Source of the DNA: a virus
Virus record (IMG/VR): IMGVR_UViG_3300032607_000303
Coordinates: 1-64,000 of that record
DNA length: 64,000 bases
Direction: 5' to 3' (one strand)
In this document: piece after piece, positions 40,365 through 49,097 of the stretch
How positions within the stretch are numbered: the stretch's first letter is position 1
Layout of the letters: each line of letters opens with the position of its first letter
Made by a program: the position numbers and the translations under genes
The notes under the pieces: model-generated
Databases searched by the model: none
Told to the model about the DNA's origin: nothing
The model's input: the letters and a program-made list of their open reading frames with translations, nothing else

Positions 40365-41140
40365 ACGCTATTATCAATGTAACGAAGAATGTTGTTGGAA
40401 ATAAAACTATTGAAACTGTTAATGCTCGTGCATTGCATGAGTTTCTTGGAGTAGGTAGGGATTTCTCAGAGTGGATTAAGTCTCGTATAGAGAAGTATGA
40501 CTTCACAGAGGGTTCTGACTACGTAACTGCTGAAATTTTGAGCACACCAGATTTGGGGAGCGCAAAAGCAAGGCCACAAGTGAAGAAAGAGTACCATATT
40601 AGTATCTCCATGGCTAAAGAAATGTCCATGGTAGAAAACAATGTCCAAGGGAAAGAGGCGCGTAAGTATTTTATTGCATGTGAGACTCGGCTCAACGATA
40701 CACCTAAAGGTATTGTTCTAGACAACCCTATGCAACTCCGTGCTGCTCTGCTGGCATACACAGAAACTGTAATTGCTCTTGAGGCAAGCGTACTGTCACT
40801 AACCAATGATGTTGTTAAGAAAGACGAAGTGATTGAAAAGCAGCTTCCAGCAGTGGAATTTGTACGTATGTTCGTAGAGCGAGGACTAAATACTTGCTTG
40901 AGTGATGCTTTCAAAGGGCTTGGGCTGAAGCCTACTATCTTCATCAAGCACCTAACACAAGACGGTGTGCTGTTTAAGCGTCAAGGTGGCACTGTAAATC
41001 ACGCTAAGCAGGCACACATCAACGCTGGACACTTTGTAGAGCGGTTCAGTGAATATTCTACACAGACACTAATTACACCGAAAGGTGTTCTGTGGCTCAC
41101 TAAGAACTACAAAGCGTACATGGAGGAACACTCTAAATAA
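40361..41140 (+). CDS. Antirepressor-like protein (AntA/AntB N-terminus plus KilAC-like C-terminus)
   Basis: VNARALHEFL...FSEWI, MAKEMSM..ARKYFIACE and ITPKG. Confidence 0.85.
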   Translation: MNAIINVTKNVVGNKTIETVNARALHEFLGVGRDFSEWIKSRIEKYDFTEGSDYVTAEILSTPDLGSAKARPQVKKEYHISISMAKEMSMVENNVQGKEARKYFIACETRLNDTPKGIVLDNPMQLRAALLAYTETVIALEASVLSLTNDVVKKDEVIEKQLPAVEFVRMFVERGLNTCLSDAFKGLGLKPTIFIKHLTQDGVLFKRQGGTVNHAKQAHINAGHFVERFSEYSTQTLITPKGVLWLTKNYKAYMEEHSK

Positions 41141-41146
41141 TACACT

Positions 41147-41184
41147 AAGCCTTCCCTGCCAAAAAGCTCGGAGGGCTTTTGTTT
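41147..41184 (+). terminator. Rho-independent terminator
   Basis: AAGCCTTCC...GGAGGGCTT-TTGTTT. Confidence 0.7.
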
Positions 41185-41215
41185 GTCTGATTAATAAATT
41201 ATTTACAAATAGTTG

Positions 41216-41244
41216 TTGACGAAATTGTTGTGAGGTGGGATACT
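41216..41244 (+). promoter_or_regulatory. sigma70-like promoter
   Basis: TTGACG-17-GATACT with an AT-rich UP element. Confidence 0.7.
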
Positions 41245-41352
41245 TAATTCCTCAGCACAAACAATGTTCGGTGAAAGCTGGGAAGTAAAACCTACAGGAA
41301 GTTTGGGCTTTACAGCACAATGGGTATCTATTGAACATCTTAAGGAAGTAAA

Positions 41353-41595
41353 ATGAAACTCTTTTTCATCTGGCAAGAAGAAAATAACGGATACGATACA
41401 TACGACTCAGCAGTTGTCTGTGCAAAAGATGAATCTGATGCTAAGAAAATGCACCCTGAAAATGGTGAGAACATCGTAAATAATGAGTTTGGTTGCTGGG
41501 TAAGGGATACAGAATTTGTATTTGTGAAGTATATTGGAACTGCTGCAAAGGGAACTAAGCGTGATGTCATTTGTGCATCATTTAATGCAGGTTAA
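41353..41595 (+). CDS. Conserved phage hypothetical protein
   Basis: YDTYDSAVVCA...VICASFNAG. Confidence 0.65.
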   Translation: MKLFFIWQEENNGYDTYDSAVVCAKDESDAKKMHPENGENIVNNEFGCWVRDTEFVFVKYIGTAAKGTKRDVICASFNAG

Positions 41596-41623
41596 TTCTT
41601 ACAAATAATTTAAAGAAAATCAA

Positions 41624-41800
41624 ATGGACAAAGTTAAGAAAGCATTACGCCTCTTTGCATCACGCACAGCAACACGTAGCCAGCGTCATCACAATGTACG
41701 ACAATACTTAAAGGCTCTGGAGTACATGGGAGACTCTTGGATACTTGCCAAGCCTGTAGAGTTGAAGAAGATTGTTAAGGCTGCTGCCAAACATCATTAA
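41624..41800 (+). CDS. Small basic protein (58 aa, not in the ORF track)
   Basis: MDKVKKALRLF...GDSWILAKP. Confidence 0.5.
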   Translation: MDKVKKALRLFASRTATRSQRHHNVRQYLKALEYMGDSWILAKPVELKKIVKAAAKHH

Positions 41801-41909
41801 CGTATTGTAGCCAGATAGCAAATAGACGCGTAACAGTGTAATTGATACAATCATAGCCAATAGCTGTTATAATTGATTTTAGCAGCTTAATTACAATAGA
41901 AAGCACAAT

Positions 41910-42125
41910 ATGCCTCGCACATTCACACTCCCTTGCAGCGTCATTAAGACAGCCATCAAACATATCCCTCACAAGCCGCTCAAAGGCTGTCCTGATAATG
42001 ACTACTACGACATAACTAAAGACAGAGAGACATTTTGCATTGTACTAAAGAGCAACGGAAAAGTTATGTTCACAACAGTTAATAAGACAATTGCTGTAGC
42101 TACGCTGGAAGGAATGTTAGCATGA
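41910..42125 (+). CDS. Hypothetical protein
   Basis: Early-region ORF. Confidence 0.5.
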   Translation: MPRTFTLPCSVIKTAIKHIPHKPLKGCPDNDYYDITKDRETFCIVLKSNGKVMFTTVNKTIAVATLEGMLA

Positions 42126-42319
42126 ATGACATTACAGTAGTTTTTGATAAACAAAATGGTAAAGATGCTATGTCTATCATGTACTGTAAAGATGTAGTAT
42201 CAATAGGTATGTCAGATGATTGGTATATCCATCATGTACAAATTAACTTGTCTATTAAAGAGTTTAGAAAAATATATAAGAATGTTGAAGAGGCTCACGC
42301 TAAATCTAACGTAGCGTAA
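42122..42319 (+). CDS. Hypothetical protein
   Basis: AAGGA RBS, ATGA overlap. Confidence 0.5.
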   Translation: MNDITVVFDKQNGKDAMSIMYCKDVVSIGMSDDWYIHHVQINLSIKEFRKIYKNVEEAHAKSNVA

Positions 42320-42336
42320 TAACAACACACAAAATA

Positions 42337-42365
42337 TTGACACAATCATTGTAATAATTTATTCT
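42337..42365 (+). promoter_or_regulatory. sigma70-like promoter
   Basis: TTGACA-17-TATTCT. Confidence 0.7.
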
Positions 42366-42413
42366 TAACACATGGCCTAAGCAATTATGCAAGGGCAATT
42401 CTAAGGAAATGAA

Positions 42414-42611
42414 ATGATTCTAGTCCTAGTAACAAACGGTAAGAACGATAGCGTAGACTATGTTAAAGTTGTAACTTTTCAAGAACGCTTTCTAGCTGAA
42501 AAATATATTACTCATATCAGCACAGACCTTTATTGCAAGCATTGGATAAAGGCCAAGATTGTGAAAGAGGGTGAACAAGTTGAATTATACCCAACTTACG
42601 AGCAAATGTGA
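42414..42611 (+). CDS. Hypothetical protein
   Basis: AAGGA RBS. Confidence 0.55.
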   Translation: MILVLVTNGKNDSVDYVKVVTFQERFLAEKYITHISTDLYCKHWIKAKIVKEGEQVELYPTYEQM

Positions 42612-42802
42612 TGACAACAGATAATGAGTTCTACGCTTACAAAGCCCTTGTGAAAGCTGCCATGCAAGACATTCACAAACGTATGGCTGAATCCTACTAT
42701 TCAGAGCCGGGACGTAGGCTCACATACATGGACATGGATGCTTTCTATGAGCATCTTGGAAAGATTGGAATGGGAGGCTGTCTTGACCAGTTGGAGAAAT
42801 AA
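42608..42802 (+). CDS. Hypothetical protein
   Basis: Coupled ORF. Confidence 0.5.
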   Translation: MMTTDNEFYAYKALVKAAMQDIHKRMAESYYSEPGRRLTYMDMDAFYEHLGKIGMGGCLDQLEK

Positions 42803-42948
42803 GATAACTCTACACAAAACAGCTTGTAAAACCTCTGAATAGTAGTAGAATGTACAAACAGTAGCAGAAGCCCTATATGCAGCTAAAAGGATCCTGCTGA
42901 CAATAGATTGGAGGCTTTCAAGAGCCTTCTCGTTAATAAAACAAATAG

Positions 42949-43209
42949 GTGAATCAAATGAACAGGAAATACAGAGTTATTAGTAACACAAAGTACACAC
43001 ACTTTTACCCTATAGGTACTGTAGTAAAGATACTTTCAGTAGGCTATGAAGACAACTGCGTAGATGTTGTAGATATCTATGATGAAATATTTCAAACACT
43101 TGTTGTAGATGATCTTGAGGAGATTTTTGTTGTGGATGACAAAAAGAAAGACTCCTCTGAGCGGATTGCTGATCTCAATTCTTTTAAGTCTGTAGGAAAA
43201 GCTTCTTAG
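42949..43209 (+). CDS. Hypothetical protein
   Basis: AGGTG RBS; HFYPIGTVV. Confidence 0.5.
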   Translation: MNQMNRKYRVISNTKYTHFYPIGTVVKILSVGYEDNCVDVVDIYDEIFQTLVVDDLEEIFVVDDKKKDSSERIADLNSFKSVGKAS

Positions 43210-43844
43210 GTGCCCGGAGCATTAGGATTTACAATGGTTTGTTTCTGTAATAAGGATGTTCCTGTAGGTTGTGATGTGTATATTAAAGGTAATTAAAATG
43301 CTAGATATAATTGACGTTGTTCTGTGTATATGCTTGTTGTCCTCTTTAGGGCTATTGGCAATGATCTTGGTAAATTGCAAGAATAATGTGAGGGAGGTTG
43401 AGTGAAAGCAATTATGTGGTATTTGCTAGGGTCTTGTACAGCTTCTGTTTTGGTAGCTGTTTGGATGACTGTTAGGAGTAGGAAGCGTAGTGTTTTTGGT
43501 AAGATTGTTTAGTGATTGACACACAATCTTGTGAGGATTTGCACAAATAATTATGCTACGCATAGGAAATGTGCAAGTTCTCACAAATATTGTACAAAGA
43601 TAAAAGATTGTCCACAAATATTGTAAGAACAAGATGAACGTAGTGAATCTTGCAAGGGACAGCAATAGCTGGCACGCAGCCTGAAGGAATGACGTTAGTC
43701 AGTCCTAAGGTTCTTATGCTTTAGTCTATCCACCATACAAGTCTGCCATTATAAAGTCTTGTGCGGTCGTTGTGCGTAGCACAGGTTCTGCACAGTACCT
43801 TACAGTGCATAGTTTGTTGATGTATAATGCTTATGTGCAAAGAC

Positions 43845-43976
43845 TTTCTTTTAATTCTTCTTTTATTCTTCTATTCCTATTCTTTTAGTACAGTGCCAGC
43901 GGGGGATAGTTATACCCGTGTCAGGGGGATAGATGCCCCACAGAGGGGTATAAGAGTAACCTTGTGGCGGGGATTG
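43845..43976. repeat. Candidate iterons (4 x GGGG(G/T)AT) beside a pyrimidine-rich AT tract
   Basis: CAGCGGGGGATAG, CAGGGGGATAG, CAGAGGGGTATAAG and GGCGGGGATTG, spaced about 20-25 nt apart. Confidence 0.55.
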
Positions 43977-44002
43977 ACCCAAACATCTAAGTAGCGTATA
44001 AT
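43974..44002 (+). promoter_or_regulatory. sigma70 promoter
   Basis: TTGACC-17-TATAAT. Confidence 0.8.
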
Positions 44003-44028
44003 ACGCAGGTAACAACGGAAGGAAATAT

Positions 44029-44211
44029 ATGCAATTCACCCTAAACACTGACTTAGCTGTATGGCTTGACTCAGTTCGTGGGCAACATTCACGACAAGCA
44101 TTCATAACAAGAGTCTTACGGCAACAAATGGTAGTACAGCAGTACACTTCTCACACTAAGGAAACGCATGAAGAAAATATCACCTATGGGGTTGCTCAAC
44201 CTCTTTCATAA
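44029..44211 (+). CDS. Small ribbon-helix-helix-like protein
   Basis: MQFTLNTDLAVWLD...SRQAFITRVL. Confidence 0.45.
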   Translation: MQFTLNTDLAVWLDSVRGQHSRQAFITRVLRQQMVVQQYTSHTKETHEENITYGVAQPLS

Positions 44212-44797
44212 GTCGGCAGCAGCCGATGTCAATCTGACAGTACATGAACATCGCCTCATGTCTGTCATCATAACGTACATCAATGGGGAAGACCTCTCCA
44301 AAGGTTACAAAGCTTGGCCTAGTACGGATACTCTTATCCGCTTCACAGGGCTTGGCACAACTACAATCGAAAATGGCAGGAAGAAACTTGTAAAGGATGG
44401 TTGGCTAACAATCATTTCTGGCAAGGGTAAGGGAAGTAGTAACCAGTATTTTGTGAATGGTGCAAAGATTGTTGAGGCAGCAGCTAAATCTGGTGTATCA
44501 TACAACGATCAGGAGGCAGTTAAAGACGCTTCCATACCTGCACAGAAGGAGCCTCATAAGCGTAACATGGAGCCAGCAAGGGCTGCTATAGGTAAGCCTA
44601 CTGTCAAGGTTGTTGAGCCAACAGTAGCATGGTTTGAAGATGATCCTGTGAAGACTTTTGAGAAGCCTACTAAAGTGTCTATCAATCCTGATGGCTCAAA
44701 TCCATTCCACAAGAACGGCTTGCGTTGTCACTCCTACGAAGACCATGCAAATGCTACAAGAAATAAAGTAGAAACATCTTGTGATGATCCGTTTTGA
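44168..44797 (+). CDS. Winged-HTH replication-initiator-like protein
   Basis: AWPSTDTL...GL.TTT...KLVKDGWL...SNQY (HTH_36-like). Confidence 0.7.
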   Translation: MKKISPMGLLNLFHKSAAADVNLTVHEHRLMSVIITYINGEDLSKGYKAWPSTDTLIRFTGLGTTTIENGRKKLVKDGWLTIISGKGKGSSNQYFVNGAKIVEAAAKSGVSYNDQEAVKDASIPAQKEPHKRNMEPARAAIGKPTVKVVEPTVAWFEDDPVKTFEKPTKVSINPDGSNPFHKNGLRCHSYEDHANATRNKVETSCDDPF

Positions 44798-44957
44798 TGT
44801 ATAATTAATACAGAGGGTAAATTGAACTACGAACAAAATCTTCAAGTAATCCTTGACTACCTAAACGGTAAACTGAGTAGATATGCAATAGACAGTATGA
44901 CCTACCCAGAATTACAACTAGCCTACGACAAACTTACAACACTTTGAAAGGAACACT

Positions 44958-46433
44958 ATGTCCAACAATCCAACTGAACAACAACTCTATTGTGTAAAAC
45001 TATGCACAACTGAAAATAAAGTTAAAATATCCGCAGCAGCCGGGTCAGGAAAAACGTCTACACTAATCCTAATTGCTGACAGCTTAAAGGTTCCTTCAGT
45101 TTACCTAGCATTCAATAAGTCGATTGCAACTGAAGCATCTTCAAAGTTCCCTAAGCATGTTACATGCCGAACTACACATAGCCTTGCTTATGGAGCCTTT
45201 GGTGTTCCATTACAAAGCAAGCTGACACGCCCTAGAGGTCATTATGTCAACGTAGCTGGTACAGGAAGTGAGATTGCTAAATATTACCATCTTGACCCTG
45301 TTGTAGATGCTTCTGGAGAGTATGCAGCAACAGCTAACGCAATGGGTTTGTTCATTCGTACAACTGTTGAGCGATTTGAACAGAGTGCAGATATGCAGAT
45401 TGGTAAGTGGCATGTCCCTAAACGCGATATGGAGAAAGTGTTGGCTGCTGACAAGAGTGCTGAAGGTTATGTACTCAAGATGGCTAAGAAATTGTGGCAG
45501 GATCGTATCAATGTAAATTCTAATGTGTTGGCTACACATGATACATACTTGAAGCTATATCAGATGAGTAAGCCTGTGCTTCCTTTTGATATTGTGTATG
45601 TTGACGAATTTCAAGATACTACGCCTTGTGTAATGGATATTGTAAATAATCAAAAGGATACAGCTAAGATTGTAGCTGTTGGTGATTCGTTTCAGGCCAT
45701 CTACTCGTTTCGAGGAGCTATCAATGCAATGGCCTTGATGACTTGCCAAGAAGCTCATCTCAGCATGTCCTTCCGTTTCGGACAAGGTATTGCTGATGTA
45801 GCTACAGCAGTACTTGGTAACAAGATGGTTATTCAAGGTCGTCCTGACTTAAAGAGTGTGATTGGTTATGATGTTGTGGACAAGGCTAAGCCTTACATGT
45901 ATCTGTTCCGTACCAATGCTATGTTGCTTACAGAGGCTGTAGCAGCCATTGACCGTGGTGAGCAAGTGAAGGTTGCTATTGATGTCAAAGACTTTGTAAA
46001 GCTGTTGCAGAGTGCTGTAGCCTTGCACGCTAACGACCATAAGAAGGTAAAGCATGAACGTATTCTTCCTTACCCTAGCTGGTCTGTGCTGGCTGTAGAG
46101 GGAAAAGCTACAGGAGGGGAGTTGAAACGTGTGTTGGAGATTGTTGAAGGGCGACGAGCAAAGATTGCTGACGAGAAGAATTGGTGCCAAGTTGCATCTG
46201 CTAGAAACTTTATGGGTGCGTCTGTGTCTCCGTATAGTATCACAGCTTGCTCATGGTGCAGCGTTGGTGCTATAGAGTGCGTAGAAAAATCTGTATTTGA
46301 CACATCAGCACATGTCCAGCTAGAAGCCTTTATGGGCAATGATATTGGTGAGTTCAATGATACGCACAGCCATTCCGAAGTTATGGCAGCATGGGATAAG
46401 GCTATTGCTGAGTGTGCTAAGGAGGCTGTATGA
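44958..46433 (+). CDS. UvrD/Rep-like SF1 helicase, C-terminally truncated and fused to an unrelated domain
   Basis: AAAGSGKT, VDEFQD, VGD..QAIYSFRGA and SFRFG present; motifs V and VI absent. Confidence 0.8.
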   Translation: MSNNPTEQQLYCVKLCTTENKVKISAAAGSGKTSTLILIADSLKVPSVYLAFNKSIATEASSKFPKHVTCRTTHSLAYGAFGVPLQSKLTRPRGHYVNVAGTGSEIAKYYHLDPVVDASGEYAATANAMGLFIRTTVERFEQSADMQIGKWHVPKRDMEKVLAADKSAEGYVLKMAKKLWQDRINVNSNVLATHDTYLKLYQMSKPVLPFDIVYVDEFQDTTPCVMDIVNNQKDTAKIVAVGDSFQAIYSFRGAINAMALMTCQEAHLSMSFRFGQGIADVATAVLGNKMVIQGRPDLKSVIGYDVVDKAKPYMYLFRTNAMLLTEAVAAIDRGEQVKVAIDVKDFVKLLQSAVALHANDHKKVKHERILPYPSWSVLAVEGKATGGELKRVLEIVEGRRAKIADEKNWCQVASARNFMGASVSPYSITACSWCSVGAIECVEKSVFDTSAHVQLEAFMGNDIGEFNDTHSHSEVMAAWDKAIAECAKEAV

Positions 46434-46705
46434 CAGACGATAAGGTATTACGAGATTATTCCCAAGAAGTGTACGGCGAAAGTTGTTACCAAATGTCTGT
46501 GCAGTCTCTTGTAGACTCACACAGATTGCTTAGATCTCACCGTATAGAGTTTGAGGGGAGTATTCGTGAAGCACGCAAAGAAGCTTATGCTAAGTCTTTT
46601 AAGTTTCATACAGAGTCCTTCAAAGGTAAGGATATGATTGACATTGACGAGTTGCGGCAAATGACTCTTGATGAGATTATAGAGAGGATCACTAATGGAA
46701 ATTAA
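46430..46705 (+). CDS. Hypothetical protein
   Basis: AGGAGG RBS. Confidence 0.55.
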   Translation: MTDDKVLRDYSQEVYGESCYQMSVQSLVDSHRLLRSHRIEFEGSIREARKEAYAKSFKFHTESFKGKDMIDIDELRQMTLDEIIERITNGN

Positions 46706-46910
46706 AACAACAAACAATCCTGTATGGATTAACGCTCATACGGCCTCATTGCTTCCTTACGGCTCTGCTGTCCTAGCATTGACAAGAGGAGGCAAGCTGA
46801 TAGAGACTATTTGGACTCTTACCAGCATTGATACATGTGACGCTTATATGCTGTATCCTAAGATTCCTGCTGATATTAAGGCTTTGCAACAAGGGAGGAA
46901 TTGTGAATAA
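46695..46910 (+). CDS. Hypothetical protein
   Basis: GAGGA RBS. Confidence 0.55.
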   Translation: MEIKTTNNPVWINAHTASLLPYGSAVLALTRGGKLIETIWTLTSIDTCDAYMLYPKIPADIKALQQGRNCE

Positions 46911-47199
46911 CATCTCTCCTACACCTTGGATTGTACGTTGTATGTCAGACTATATTGAAGTAACTGATGCAACAGGAAATTCAGTAACAAATAATGAGAG
47001 TTACTACCCAACAGCTTTGAAGGTAGGTAATGCTTCAATAATATCTGCTGCCCCTGACCTTCTGGAAGCACTTGAATTTGCCCGCAACGGTTTGCTTTGG
47101 TATCAAGAAAAGTACCCTTTTGAAGTAAGTGAGTGTGATTTTGAATTTATGAAGCAGATTGATGCAGTCATCAACAAAGCCACCAAGGAAATTAAATGA
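46903..47199 (+). CDS. Hypothetical protein (TPxPW...AAPDLLEAL family)
   Basis: GGAGG RBS before GTG; NASIISAAPDLLEAL. Confidence 0.65.
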   Translation: MNNISPTPWIVRCMSDYIEVTDATGNSVTNNESYYPTALKVGNASIISAAPDLLEALEFARNGLLWYQEKYPFEVSECDFEFMKQIDAVINKATKEIK

Positions 47200-47570
47200 A
47201 CGCCCTAGCACAATACAGAGCCTCACAAACACCTGAGCAAATTGCACAACGCCTTGTAGAAGCTAGACAAGCTGCACATGACAATCGTGCATTTAGAGAG
47301 GCTAACAAGCACCTCTACAAGACAGAATATCTTGACAGCAACAATTGGCAATCTCTTGCAACAAAACATTCTGTACGTATGCCCAATCAAGATGAGCCTG
47401 TCACAACAAAGAGTCTTCGCAAGTATCTGAAGCGTTGCAATGTCTCTGTAGAAACATTCAATGAGCATTACACAAGCATGGCTTATTTTATTAAAAATAA
47501 TAGCACATGGACAGCGTTTGCAGGGGCTGGATTGATATTGGAGATTAAGGATAGTATGACAATCAATTGA
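47196..47570 (+). CDS. Hypothetical protein
   Basis: AAGGA RBS. Confidence 0.6.
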   Translation: MNALAQYRASQTPEQIAQRLVEARQAAHDNRAFREANKHLYKTEYLDSNNWQSLATKHSVRMPNQDEPVTTKSLRKYLKRCNVSVETFNEHYTSMAYFIKNNSTWTAFAGAGLILEIKDSMTIN

Positions 47571-47687
47571 AATAACATCGTTGTATTGGTTTCAGAGAGA
47601 TTCTAGCATCCCTAGCACATTCCCCTTATGATTCTACATCCGTATTCAATTAAATTGATTTCAGGGTAAGAACACATAAGGAAGTGT

Positions 47688-47716
47688 TTGACAGGCATTC
47701 TAATAAGTTATAAGAT
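47688..47716 (+). promoter_or_regulatory. sigma70-like promoter
   Basis: TTGACA-17-TAAGAT. Confidence 0.7.
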
Positions 47717-47741
47717 GTGTTCATTGACAACAGGAGATAGT

Positions 47742-47924
47742 ATGAACAGTAACAAAGAGGTCTATGAAGACGATGTGTACGATGACTCTAACATACATTC
47801 AGACATCGACACAGAAGCTATAGCATGGGCTTACCAAAAGCTCCTAGCCTATGGTGTAGGAAATACAACAATGGACAATGCAATGATGCTGGACAGGCTC
47901 AACCTTATGTTATTGGAGAATTGA
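47742..47924 (+). CDS. Small acidic hypothetical protein
   Basis: AGGAG RBS before MNSNKE. Confidence 0.55.
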   Translation: MNSNKEVYEDDVYDDSNIHSDIDTEAIAWAYQKLLAYGVGNTTMDNAMMLDRLNLMLLEN

Positions 47925-48105
47925 TATGCGTGTTATTGAGTATAACAATAATCAAGAGATTGCTATTGTGTTGCAAGACACTGGTGAGATTGCCAAGATG
48001 TTGATGGCTATTATGGTGTACAATGGTTCGCCGGAGAGGAAACTTTCTAAGATACCTGTGAGAGTTGTGGAGTTGCTTGAAGAAGCATTGCAGAAAGAAT
48101 AATTT

Positions 48106-48133
48106 AAAGCCTCCTAGTGAGGCTATTATTTTT
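48106..48133 (+). terminator. Terminator hairpin (copy 1)
   Basis: AAAGCCTCCTAGTGAGGCT followed by a T-rich tail. Confidence 0.7.
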
Positions 48134-48147
48134 GATTTTGTAAAAAC

Positions 48148-48235
48148 ATTTTTCAGGTTTCTGAAATTAAATTTTATGGGTTTTGGTAAATAATTTTATG
48201 GGTTTTGGAAATAAAATTCTAGGAATTTTGTAATT
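48148..48235. repeat. Tandem repeat with 22-nt period
   Basis: AATTTTATGGGTTTTGG exact at 48170 and 48192, with degenerate flanking copies. Confidence 0.7.
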
Positions 48236-48255
48236 CTTGATAATTTATTTTGTCG

Positions 48256-48284
48256 TTGACAGCGTTGGTACATGTTTAGATAGT
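48256..48284 (+). promoter_or_regulatory. sigma70-like promoter
   Basis: TTGACA-17-GATAGT. Confidence 0.6.
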
Positions 48285-48315
48285 TTATTGTAAACAATTA
48301 AAGGAGAAATTAGTA

Positions 48316-49065
48316 ATGACACCATCAATTAAAACATTTGTTCTGTCCACTGTTGACGTAGTTAAGACGATGACAAGTATGGAAATTGTCTCGTACATCA
48401 ATGAGTGCCGTGAAGATGGAAAGCCACTAATCTCCCACCCAGATTTTCTGAAGAAAGTAGATAAGGTGCTTAAAAAAGATGCAGGAAATTTTTCCGACAT
48501 CTATTTAGATGCTTATGGTCGAGAGCAGAGGTGCTTTAATTTCCCTAAGCGTGAGGCAAACCTAATGGTTATGAGCGAATCTTACGAAGTTCAAGCTAGA
48601 GTATATGACCGAATGGCAGAGCTTGAAAATAATGTACAGAAGCCTGTTTCAGTTATCCCTGACTTCGACAACCCTATTGCTGCTGCTAGAGCTTGGATTG
48701 TAGAGCGTGAAGCTGTGCTAGAGTTGGCAGCTTCTGTAGCAGAACAAGCCCTACGTATTGCCCATGATGCCCCAAAGGTTGAGTATGTGGATAAATTTAT
48801 AGAGGTTGGCTTTGATATGAACCTCCGTGATGCTTGGAAAAGTTTACATGTAAAACCTAACATCTTTAGCAAGCACTTAGTGGACGAGGGCGTACTGTAC
48901 GAAAAGAATTCAACAAAACACGCTTACTCGTCACATATTAATGCAGGCTATTTTGTAGAGCGTCAGACAAACTTCGGGACACAAGTGTATGTAACACCTA
49001 AAGGTAAAACTTACATTGCTAAGAGGTTTTCTGATTGGCTTAAAAATAATACCACAAAGAAATAG
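48316..49065 (+). CDS. Rha-like/antirepressor protein with KilAC-like C-terminus
   Basis: TMTSMEI, FPKREA.LM.MSES, AARAW, PKVEY.D and VTPKG. Confidence 0.85.
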   Translation: MTPSIKTFVLSTVDVVKTMTSMEIVSYINECREDGKPLISHPDFLKKVDKVLKKDAGNFSDIYLDAYGREQRCFNFPKREANLMVMSESYEVQARVYDRMAELENNVQKPVSVIPDFDNPIAAARAWIVEREAVLELAASVAEQALRIAHDAPKVEYVDKFIEVGFDMNLRDAWKSLHVKPNIFSKHLVDEGVLYEKNSTKHAYSSHINAGYFVERQTNFGTQVYVTPKGKTYIAKRFSDWLKNNTTKK

Positions 49066-49069
49066 CAAA

Positions 49070-49097
49070 AAAGCCTCCTAGTGGGGCTTTTATTTTT
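49070..49097 (+). terminator. Terminator hairpin (copy 2)
   Basis: AAAGCCTCCTAGTGGGGCTTTTATTTTT. Confidence 0.8.

Noticed and set aside
43863-44147. Minus-strand 94-aa ORF
   Set aside because: No RBS; it overlaps a strong + strand promoter and gene and is better explained as origin-like DNA
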